DNA of 64,000 nucleotides from Deferribacterales bacterium (lineage in GTDB: Bacteria > Chrysiogenota > Deferribacteres > Deferribacterales > Geovibrionaceae). This document shows positions 1-7,303 of this stretch, in pieces. The DNA is taken from positions 1 to 64,000 of the forward strand of contig JBFWLW010000010.1 of the NCBI GenBank assembly GCA_050251945.1, written 5' to 3'. The position numbers and the translations under genes are program-made. Below the pieces are notes generated by a model. That model saw nothing but the letters and a program-made list of their open reading frames with translations. It was not told the origin of the DNA and did not search any database. Positions within the stretch are counted from its first letter, which is position 1, and every line of letters begins with the position of its first letter.

Positions 1-245
1 TAGTACGAGAGGACCGGGATGGACAGATCACTGGTGTTTCAATTGTCCCGCCAGGGGCACTGTTGAGTAGCCACATCTGGAACAGATAACCGCTGAAAGC
101 ATCTAAGCGGGAAACTGGCCCCGAGATTAGATCTCCCTGACGTAAGTCATTGAAGGACACTTGTAGATTACAAGTTTGATAGGCTGGGTGTGTAAGCGTT
201 GTGAGGCGTTGAGCTAACCAGTACTAATAGTCCGTACGGCTTGAT
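1..245 (+). rRNA. rrl: 23S rRNA, 3' end (partial)
   Basis: Begins with the sarcin-ricin loop AGTACGAGAGGACC, followed by conserved domain VI motifs (GATAACCGCTGAAAGCATCTAAGCGGGAAAC, GATAGGCTGGGTGTGTAAGC, TACTAATAG). The 3' end is approximate. Confidence 0.97.
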
Positions 246-337
246 ATAAAAAAACCTGCTTCCCTTAATTTTAAAAGCTCATAGATGGTCGGCTATAAAC
301 ATCGCATAACGGCGTTGTTTCTAACCAGTCAAAGGTT

Positions 338-368
338 GTCTTTGCGAGGGCATAGCCCGAAGCAATCT
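338..368 (+). repeat. REP-like palindrome (GTCTYYGCGAG-N-CGAAGCARTCT family) in the 23S-5S spacer
   Basis: GTCTTTGCGAGGGCATAGCCCGAAGCAATCT differs by one base from the copy at 1050-1080. Confidence 0.85.
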
Positions 369-428
369 CATTGTCTTACAAAAGATGTTTATAACAGTTT
401 AACTGGAATTTATAATAAGTTTATGGAT

Positions 429-550
429 TCCCTGGTGGCTTTAGCGGAGATACTACACCCGTTCCCATTTCGAACACGGAAGTTAAGCTCTCCAGCGCCG
501 AGGATACTGTGTGAAGATTAACACATGGGAGAGTAGGTCGCCGCCAGGGA
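429..550 (+). rRNA. rrf: 5S rRNA
   Basis: Terminal helix TCCCTGGTGGC/GCCGCCAGGGA and conserved CACCCGTTCCCATTTCGAACACGGAAGTTAAG and GGGAGAGTAGGTCG; lies downstream of 23S. Confidence 0.96.
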
Positions 551-699
551 TTTTTTACGTTTAAAATTAGCCTTTATCTACACCGTATAACTTCGTTGTC
601 CTCAAAAAACCTTCCTCATGTATATCTATATACACTCTTCGATTTTTTATCGTCCGCCTTGTTCTGCTTGCGTCTAAAGACTAAGTATAAAACCTCTAT

Positions 700-1082
700 T
701 CGTCTTTGCGAGGAACAGCGTGACGAAGCAATCTGAAATCTTTAGATCGCTTCACCCATAAAGGGTTCGCGAAGACAAACAGTTCATTGTCTTTGCGAGG
801 AATAACGTGACGAAACAATCTGAAATCTTCAGATCGCTTCACCCATAAAGGGTTCGCGAAGACAAACAGTCCATTGTCTTTGCGAGGAATAACGTGACGA
901 AACAATCTGAAATCTTCAGATCGCTTCACCCATAAAGGGTTCGCGAAGACAAACAGTCCATTGTCTTTGCGAGGAACAACGTGACGAAGCAATCTGAAAT
1001 CTTTAGATCGCTTCACCCATAAAGGGTTCGCGAAGACAAACATTCCATTGTCTTTGCGAGGGCAAAGCCCGAAGCAATCTCA
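700..1082. repeat. Tandem array of four 87-bp units plus a partial unit; each unit is two inverted REP-like palindromes (BIME-like)
   Basis: Unit starts at 700, 787, 874, 961 and 1048 (period 87). Each unit contains GTCTTTGCGAGG...GAARCAATCT and the inverted AGATCGCTTC...TCGCGAAGAC. Confidence 0.95.
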
Positions 1083-1130
1083 TAAGCCTTATTCTGCTCG
1101 CATCTAAAGACTAAGTGTAAATCATATGCT

Positions 1131-1245
1131 GTCTTTGCGAGAAACAGCGTGACGAAGCAATCTTAACCGTAAAGCCCATATAAAAGCTCAGGCATATCTA
1201 CACGCCTCATCTGTCTCTGCGAGAAGCGTAGCGACGAAGCAGTCT
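1131..1245 (+). repeat. Two further single REP-like copies (1131-1163, 1213-1245)
   Basis: GTCTTTGCGAGAAACAGCGTGACGAAGCAATCT and GTCTCTGCGAGAAGCGTAGCGACGAAGCAGTCT. Confidence 0.85.
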
Positions 1246-1395
1246 AATTACCTAAGATTTACTTTAATAACTAGCATCTAGCTGTAATATCTTGACTCTA
1301 TAAGGTTAAGAGTCTTGGCTTATTAAATAGTTTACATATTGAAGAGAGAATGTTAGTTTGTAATAACATATCAATAAGTTATTACAGGTGGCTTT

Positions 1396-2094
1396 ATGTT
1401 TATAAGAGTTTTATTTTTAGTAATACTTTGTATTTCATCAATAGCTTGTGCTCCAAAAATTGACTTGTTACAACCTAATGTTAATAAAATTGATGTACCA
1501 ACATTGAATACTGAACAAGTGAGTGAACTTGGGGATACTTTGGTACAAAAAGCATTAGTTTATGAAAATGATGGATTCAGATTAGATAATATAGCAACTG
1601 TTGGAGATGGGTTTTTTATTCAAAAACTAACAATTCAGCCTTCTGATTTGATCGCAAGATATAACCAGGGTGAATGGACATGTTATATTGCTCCAAAAAT
1701 GGAAAGATACGATGGGCTTTTAGGTACATTTAACGTTCTAGGTGGACTTGCAATCAATCGAATAAATACTAATGAATTTAGGTTCTGTCAAGCACGTGTT
1801 ATGCTGCTTTCTCCAAAAGAAATACCAAAACTTGCTCCTATTAAAGTAATAGATATTACTAAACCAAATTTTAATCAAGAAATTATCTATAATGGGAGGA
1901 ATGCTACTTTTTTGAAATTTTTATACAGAGAGTCAACTTCTCAGGTTCTAAGAGTTCCTTTTAGTCAAGACATTCAATATGATTTAAATGATGGTAAAAT
2001 TATTGGATTTAAAGGGGCAAGAATAGAAGTAATTGAAGCGTCAAATACCAAAATAAAGTATAGAGTTTTGTCTAATTTTACTGAAATAAAATAA
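1396..2094 (+). CDS. Hypothetical lipoprotein in an AT-rich islet
   Basis: 232-aa ORF with an upstream AGGTGG SD, a hydrophobic signal ending in a lipobox-like SIAC, and markedly AT-rich codon usage. Confidence 0.8.
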   Translation: MFIRVLFLVILCISSIACAPKIDLLQPNVNKIDVPTLNTEQVSELGDTLVQKALVYENDGFRLDNIATVGDGFFIQKLTIQPSDLIARYNQGEWTCYIAPKMERYDGLLGTFNVLGGLAINRINTNEFRFCQARVMLLSPKEIPKLAPIKVIDITKPNFNQEIIYNGRNATFLKFLYRESTSQVLRVPFSQDIQYDLNDGKIIGFKGARIEVIEASNTKIKYRVLSNFTEIK

Positions 2095-2114
2095 ACTGAA
2101 CTATATGCACTCAT

Positions 2115-2282
2115 TTAGAGCAAGCGGTCATTTGACCGCTTGCTTAGATTCTGCAAGCGGGTTGCCCGTACAAGTGTGAAAGTTGTTCCGTTACACTTTG
2201 AACAGGGAGGAACACGCTCTCCTTTAACGCAGGTAATCTCATTCCCACATTTGGTGCATTTGTAAATGCCTGATTGAGACAC
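2115..2282 (-). CDS. Small zinc-ribbon protein (CxxC...CxxC; YjzC/DUF1451-like); start uncertain
   Basis: Manual translation (not in the ORF track): (V/M)SQSGIYKCTKCGNEITCVKGERVPPCSKCNGTTFTLVRATR... GGAGG lies 4 nt before the GTG, and the frame is open up to 2306. Confidence 0.65.
   Translation of the reverse strand: MSQSGIYKCTKCGNEITCVKGERVPPCSKCNGTTFTLVRATRLQNLSKRSNDRLL
2119..2144. terminator. Hairpin, probable bidirectional terminator
   Basis: AGCAAGCGGTCA-TT-TGACCGCTTGCT perfect inverted repeat between convergent ORFs. Confidence 0.6.
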
Positions 2283-2460
2283 TGAGCCTCCAGTTGATAT
2301 AGTTGACTACGTCACCTACTGTTAACTATTAACAGAGCAAGTTTGGGATTTTAAGACAAACTTCTAGGAAAATATCTAGTTTAAATATGTAACCATGAGA
2401 TTTGATAGTAAACAACATTATCCAATATAACTTATATATTCCCAACGAAGGACATTTACC

Positions 2461-2541
2461 ATGAAATACAACCTTTCCATACTGCACTTAAGCGATGATA
2501 AAAGAGAGCTGAAATACATTGCAGAGGTGAGAGAGAAATAA
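2461..2541 (+). pseudogene. 5' fragment of a DegT/PglE-like aminotransferase gene (copy of the start of 7304..8419)
   Basis: MKYNLSILHLSDDKRELKYIAEVREK* versus MKYSLSVPHLSDDKRELKYIAE at 7304: 19/22 aa and 54/66 nt identical. Confidence 0.9.
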
Positions 2542-2751
2542 AGTCTTTAAAGAATATCTTAAAGGTGGTTTACTATTTCGGCGATCCTGATCACTTCAAA
2601 TATCATTAAAAACTATTCCAACGCTTTTCTTTTATCAAACATATGCGCGTGTTATGTTTTTCAAACCCGCCTTAAACAGCCCTTCTATTCAATTCATAAA
2701 AACTGCATATTTCACACTCATTTATTACATCATGTTTTCTCTTTATAGGCA

Positions 2752-2778
2752 TAGAGTATTGGCTTAAATTTCCGATAT
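2752..2778 (+). promoter_or_regulatory. Sigma28 (FliA)-like promoter
   Basis: TAGAG-N15-CCGATAT resembles the TAAA(G)-N15-(G)CCGATA consensus and lies just upstream of 2802. Confidence 0.5.
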
Positions 2779-2801
2779 ATAGGTTAGTCAAGGAGGCTCG
2801 T

Positions 2802-3011
2802 ATGGACTTAACTACACTTGCGATGGCGGGAACGGTGCTTTCTGCGGGAAAAATACTTTATGAGGTCGGCTCCGCAGTCAACAACATGCTCTCTGACGAT
2901 GAACCGTCAGATGAAGCAGCTCCCACAGTTTTGAGCGGACTTACAGCAGAAGGAGTGAATAATGCTGTGGAGGGCAACGAAACCGGCGCTGTAGTTGATT
3001 TTAAAGCTTAG
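2802..3011 (+). CDS. Small acidic protein, YjfB-like (C-terminal GxxVDxxA motif)
   Basis: Strong AAGGAGG SD; 69 aa ending in TGAVVDFKA. Confidence 0.6.
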   Translation: MDLTTLAMAGTVLSAGKILYEVGSAVNNMLSDDEPSDEAAPTVLSGLTAEGVNNAVEGNETGAVVDFKA

Positions 3012-3077
3012 GAACATATATTAATCGTATTTTCCATACGACCTTAACACATTTTAAACGCCAGTAAGATGCTGTTC

Positions 3078-3092
3078 TGGCATGTTAATTGA
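3078..3092 (+). promoter_or_regulatory. Sigma54-like promoter for flgH
   Basis: TGGCAT-GTTAA-TTGA (-24/-12 spacing, one mismatch at -12). Confidence 0.5.
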
Positions 3093-3127
3093 TATCTCCG
3101 TATTCAAAGATAATACGGAGCAGTCTC

Positions 3128-3814
3128 ATGAAGAATAATGAATTTCTTGTGGTGATGATCTCGGCATTGGCTCTGTGCGGATGTGCCACGGGTGCCAAGT
3201 ATGATAACGACGCAATTTCTAAAAGTTACAAGCATGAAGTTGAAGAATACAATAAGGTTAAGGAGGAGCGCAAACTCTCCCCTTCGCCATCTCTCTGGAC
3301 CAACGGGGGCAATAACAGCAGCCTTTTTCTGGATTATAAGACCAGAAGTATCGGAGAGATAGTCACTATCAATATAATGGAGTCTTCATTCTCCACAAAC
3401 TCAGTGGATACCAACACTACTAAAGAGCAGAGCACAAACAGCTCCGCAGATTCCATATTCGGCATACCTCTTAGTAATTACAACACAAAATCAAACTCTA
3501 ACAGCAAGTTCAAAGGCGGCGGCAAGAGGAGCAAAAGCGACTCTGTAACAGGAACAATGTCCGCAAGGGTAGTAGACGTAATGCCATCAGGCAATGTTGT
3601 GCTGGAAGGTCATAAGGAGATTCTGGTGGACAACCAGCAGCAGGTTATAACCCTGAGCGGAATCGCAAGACTTAAAGACATCACTCTTGACAATACAATC
3701 AACTCGACCGATCTGGCTGATACTAAGATATCATATAACGGCAAAGGTCAACTTTCTCTTGCCAGTATTCCCGGTTGGCTCCTTTCAATTTTGGGGTGGA
3801 TATCACCTTTCTAA
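3128..3814 (+). CDS. flgH: Flagellar L-ring protein FlgH
   Basis: Lipobox LCGC; motifs IGEIVTINIME, GTMSARVVDVMPSGNVVLEGHK, GIARLKDI and C-terminal PGWL...SPF. The ATG at 3128 follows a GGAG SD. Confidence 0.93.
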   Translation: MKNNEFLVVMISALALCGCATGAKYDNDAISKSYKHEVEEYNKVKEERKLSPSPSLWTNGGNNSSLFLDYKTRSIGEIVTINIMESSFSTNSVDTNTTKEQSTNSSADSIFGIPLSNYNTKSNSNSKFKGGGKRSKSDSVTGTMSARVVDVMPSGNVVLEGHKEILVDNQQQVITLSGIARLKDITLDNTINSTDLADTKISYNGKGQLSLASIPGWLLSILGWISPF

Positions 3815-3845
3815 GATACGTTTTGTCCCGTCACTGCTGACGCTG

Positions 3846-3885
3846 AAAAGGTCAGGCGGACTTCTGTTCTGTCTGACCTTTTTTT
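3846..3885 (+). terminator. Intrinsic terminator after flgH
   Basis: AAAAGGTCAGGCGGAC-TTCT-GTTCTGTCTGACC-TTTTTTT. Confidence 0.8.
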
Positions 3886-4031
3886 ATGCCTGAATCCAAA
3901 TGTGAATAAATTGTGTAAACTACTCATGTGTGTGGAAAATATGCATAAATTAAGGAGGTCATTTTTTCCGCGCGGGGGGTAATTATTTCCTAAAATAAAG
4001 GGAAATCCGGTTTTAGGAAAAATACTGAAAA

Positions 4032-4047
4032 TGGCACGTGCGTTGCT
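4032..4047 (+). promoter_or_regulatory. Sigma54 promoter
   Basis: TGGCAC-GTGCG-TTGCT, a perfect -24/-12 consensus. Confidence 0.8.
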
Positions 4048-4150
4048 TTTATATAGTCAGGAAATGCATGATAAGTAATTGTGAAGAAAGAGTGAATTCT
4101 CTTTGAGCAAGAGATGTGCATAGAAAAAGTAAAAAGAAACGGAGGATAAC

Positions 4151-4318
4151 ATGCAAGTTGGTGGATCAACGGCAGCAATTGCCCAAACAAACGAAGTCAA
4201 AAATAGCCAGTCTGTGAAAGCTGCATCGGCGCAGAAGACGCCTGTACAGGAATATGACAAAGCAGAGATTTCAGACAGTGCCAGAGCGATGATGGCAGCG
4301 GCTCAGAAAGCGAAATAG
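4151..4318 (+). CDS. 55-aa protein with an FlgM N-terminal-like D-x-x-E-I-S-x-x-A motif
   Basis: GGAGG SD then MQVGGSTAAIAQTNEVKNSQSVKAASAQKTPVQEYDKAEISDSARAMMAAAQKAK*. Below the ORF-track length cutoff. Confidence 0.75.
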   Translation: MQVGGSTAAIAQTNEVKNSQSVKAASAQKTPVQEYDKAEISDSARAMMAAAQKAK

Positions 4319-4497
4319 TATTTTTGACTAATACCGCCTAAAAGCCGCAGAAAAGCACATAAGAAACAAATTCTGACCTCTTTTCTGCGGCATTCTGGGA
4401 AACAAGGACACAATGCCTGAATTGGCATGGATTTAATGAAAAACCCGTTTGCAGGACACAGTGAAGGTGCGTCCTGCTGACATGAAAAGGAGACAAC

Positions 4498-5286
4498 ATG
4501 CAAAGATCGTTATGGTCGGCAGCATCGGGTATGACAGCACAGCAGATGAATATCGATGTGCTGTCGAACAACCTGTCAAACGTGAACACTGTCGGCTTTA
4601 AAAAATCCAGAGCATTCTTTGAAGATCTCTTTTATCAGGAACTGAAGGCGGCGGGAACCTATTCGGCGGCGGGAATGTCCCACCCGACAGGCATACAGAT
4701 AGGTCTTGGTACGAAGATTTCTGCGGTTGAAAAGGTGCATACTCAGGGCAGTCTGCAGACAACTTCGGTTGAGACCGACGTTGCTATAGAGGGGAAGGGC
4801 TATTTGCAGTTCACTCTTCCAAACGGCGACGTGGGTTATACGAGATCAGGCTCGCTTAAGATTGACGCTAACGGGAACCTGACAAATGAGAACGGCTATC
4901 TTCTGGAACCTGCGGTGACGATACCGGACAACACCACTTCTATATCTATAGGAGAGGACGGGATCATAAGTGTCACCCTCAGCGGCGAGACAGACCCGCA
5001 GGAGGTCGGGCAGATTGAGCTTGCAGAGTTCATAAACCCGTCCGGACTCAGATCCATAGGCAAAAACTTTTATATGCCTTCGGGAGCCAGCGGCGAAGCT
5101 GTAACCGGTACACCCGGAGAGAGCAACTTCGGCACTGTGGAGCAGGGCACGCTGGAGATGTCAAACGTCAGCGTTGTTGAGGACATGGTCAACATGATAA
5201 CGGCTCAGCGCGCTTACGAGATAAATTCAAAGGCGATTCAGACGTCTGACGACATGCTGCAAATACTCAATAATCTGAAAAGGTAA
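4498..5286 (+). CDS. flgG: Flagellar basal-body distal rod protein FlgG
   Basis: MQRSLWSAASGM...NNLSNVNTVGFKK, YTRSG and LEMSNVSVVEDMVNMITAQRAYEINSK. Confidence 0.97.
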   Translation: MQRSLWSAASGMTAQQMNIDVLSNNLSNVNTVGFKKSRAFFEDLFYQELKAAGTYSAAGMSHPTGIQIGLGTKISAVEKVHTQGSLQTTSVETDVAIEGKGYLQFTLPNGDVGYTRSGSLKIDANGNLTNENGYLLEPAVTIPDNTTSISIGEDGIISVTLSGETDPQEVGQIELAEFINPSGLRSIGKNFYMPSGASGEAVTGTPGESNFGTVEQGTLEMSNVSVVEDMVNMITAQRAYEINSKAIQTSDDMLQILNNLKR

Positions 5287-5291
5287 GGACT

Positions 5292-6155
5292 ATGCTTAGG
5301 TTTCTGTTTCTTTTTTCCGCGATGATTCTTTTCAGCGGATACAACTACATAGGCAACGAAGTGCTGATAGATTCCGATTGCATCAAAGTTGCTGATGTCT
5401 TTGTAGGTTCCGACATTGACGAGAACGTCGTATGCGGTCTGGACTATGGTCAGGTAAAAATAGTCAACAGGCTTATGAGCCAGACGCTTATCACAAGATA
5501 CGGTCTTAAAGGTGAAGTTGCAAAAGAAGTTGTTTTCAGGCGTAAAGGTGTGCTTCTCACCGAGGAAAGACTCAGGGCGGATATGAAAAATCTGCTGGTG
5601 ATAATGTATCCGGACATGGAAATAGAGATAGACACCGTCAGAATGGGCAGATCTTATTATCTGCCGGAGAATATGCAGTATTCCATAGATATTCCTCGCA
5701 ACAGGTTCGGAGACATCTCGGTAACACTGGACAACGGCGCACGAAAATACACCTACAGCGTGTCGATAGTGGCCTATTCGGATGCGTATGTTGCAATCAA
5801 GCAGATCAATAAGGGCGACAAGCTTATTCCAGATGAAAACGTCAAGCTGAAAAAGGTAGACCTTTTCAGAGCCAGAGGCACTGTTATGCACGACATCGAA
5901 GGCTATTCGGCGAGGTCGTACATAGGGGCAGGCAAGATAATCACGGAGAACATGGCAGACAGAAAGCCCGATGCGGCGAAAGGTTCTCCAGTTTTCATTC
6001 TGAAAGACCCAAAGGATGAGCCGAAGGCGATGCTGGGAACCCTGCTTGAGGATGCATATCTGGAAAAAAAGGTGCATGTGCTGGATATCAACAGCGGAAT
6101 GATACTCACCGGAACATATATTGAGGCGAAAAAAGTGCTTATAGAACGTCAGTAA
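5292..6155 (+). CDS. flgA: Flagellar P-ring assembly chaperone FlgA
   Basis: Signal peptide, SAF-like region (YVAIKQINKGDKL), C-terminal LEDAYLEKKVHVLDINSG, and position between flgG and flgI. Confidence 0.8.
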   Translation: MLRFLFLFSAMILFSGYNYIGNEVLIDSDCIKVADVFVGSDIDENVVCGLDYGQVKIVNRLMSQTLITRYGLKGEVAKEVVFRRKGVLLTEERLRADMKNLLVIMYPDMEIEIDTVRMGRSYYLPENMQYSIDIPRNRFGDISVTLDNGARKYTYSVSIVAYSDAYVAIKQINKGDKLIPDENVKLKKVDLFRARGTVMHDIEGYSARSYIGAGKIITENMADRKPDAAKGSPVFILKDPKDEPKAMLGTLLEDAYLEKKVHVLDINSGMILTGTYIEAKKVLIERQ

Positions 6156-6165
6156 GGAGGCGTTT

Positions 6166-7233
6166 ATGAAACGGTTAATGTCTGTACTGCTCTTTGTTTT
6201 AATAGTGCAGAATGCTTACGCGCTTGTAAAGGTGCGGGATATATCGAACGTCGAAGGGATAAGGGACAACCAGCTTCTTGGCTACGGGCTGGTGGTGGGT
6301 CTTAACGGAACAGGCGACAAGAGCGGCACGGCGTTCACAACCCAGTCGCTTGCGAACATGATGGAAAGAATGGGTGTCTCTGTTTCAAAGGATGAAATAA
6401 AGATAAAGAATGTTGCGGCGGTGATGGTCACGGCGAAGTTACAGCCTTTTGCCAGACCGGGTTCCAGAATGGATGTGGTGATATCATCGGTGGGCGATTC
6501 AAAAAGTCTTGAAGGCGGCACACTGCTTATGACACCGCTCAGCGCTTCAAACGGAACCGTATATGCCGTGGCGCAGGGTCCTGTTTCGGTCGGCGGTATG
6601 AACGTAGCAGAATCAGGTGCGAAAGCCGTTAAGAACCATCCGACGGTCGGGGCGATACCAAACGGGGCAATAATAGAGCAGGAGGTTCAGTATCAGATGA
6701 ATGAAACGAACATCGTGCTGAACTTCAAAGAGAATAACCTTTCAAATCTCGTCAGGGCAAAGGACGCTATCAATAGTGTCGTCGGTCAGAATGTCGCAGA
6801 TATAACGTCTCCGTCGACCATGGTAATCAGCGTTCCGGAGACGCAGAAGACAAACTATTACAGCTTCATGGACAAGGTGCTGAACACGGAGATAGAGCCT
6901 GCCGATCTTGCCAAAGTTATAATCGACGAAAGAACCGGAACAATAGTAATGGGTGCAGACGTACGCATAAGCACAGTTGCAGTGTCTCACGGAAACCTGA
7001 CCATTACTGTTAAATCCACAATAGATATGGCGAAACCTTCGGAGGGTGCACAGAAGACGGAACTGGGTATTAACGAGGACAAAGGACAGCTTATGATAAT
7101 TCCCGAAGCGCTCAGCATAAGCGACCTTGTAAAAGCGCTGAACTCTGTGGGCGTTACACCCAGAGATATGATATCCATCCTGCAGGCTATAAAATCTGCC
7201 GGAGCGCTCCACGGTGATCTGCAGCTTATGTAG
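6166..7233 (+). CDS. flgI: Flagellar P-ring protein FlgI
   Basis: GIRDNQLLGYGLVVGLNGTGD, SLEGGTLLMTPL and ILQAIKSAGALHG. Confidence 0.97.
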   Translation: MKRLMSVLLFVLIVQNAYALVKVRDISNVEGIRDNQLLGYGLVVGLNGTGDKSGTAFTTQSLANMMERMGVSVSKDEIKIKNVAAVMVTAKLQPFARPGSRMDVVISSVGDSKSLEGGTLLMTPLSASNGTVYAVAQGPVSVGGMNVAESGAKAVKNHPTVGAIPNGAIIEQEVQYQMNETNIVLNFKENNLSNLVRAKDAINSVVGQNVADITSPSTMVISVPETQKTNYYSFMDKVLNTEIEPADLAKVIIDERTGTIVMGADVRISTVAVSHGNLTITVKSTIDMAKPSEGAQKTELGINEDKGQLMIIPEALSISDLVKALNSVGVTPRDMISILQAIKSAGALHGDLQLM

Positions 7234-7303
7234 AGGGATATAAAATACGTTGTACGGCGGCTGATATCGCGATATTATCCTGTAAACAGCAGAGGATAAA
7301 TCT

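Noticed and set aside
285..521. 78-aa ORF
   Set aside because: It overlaps the rRNA spacer and the 5S rRNA gene.
696..1043. 115-aa ORF with 29-aa repeats
   Set aside because: A by-product of the 87-bp REP array; it has no SD and is antisense to rRNA read-through.
700..1082. Possible CRISPR array
   Set aside because: Units are near-identical along their whole 87 bp with no unique spacers, and there are no cas genes in the window.
7234..7303. flgJ remnant after flgI
   Set aside because: Too short, with no start codon or recognisable FlgJ motif.
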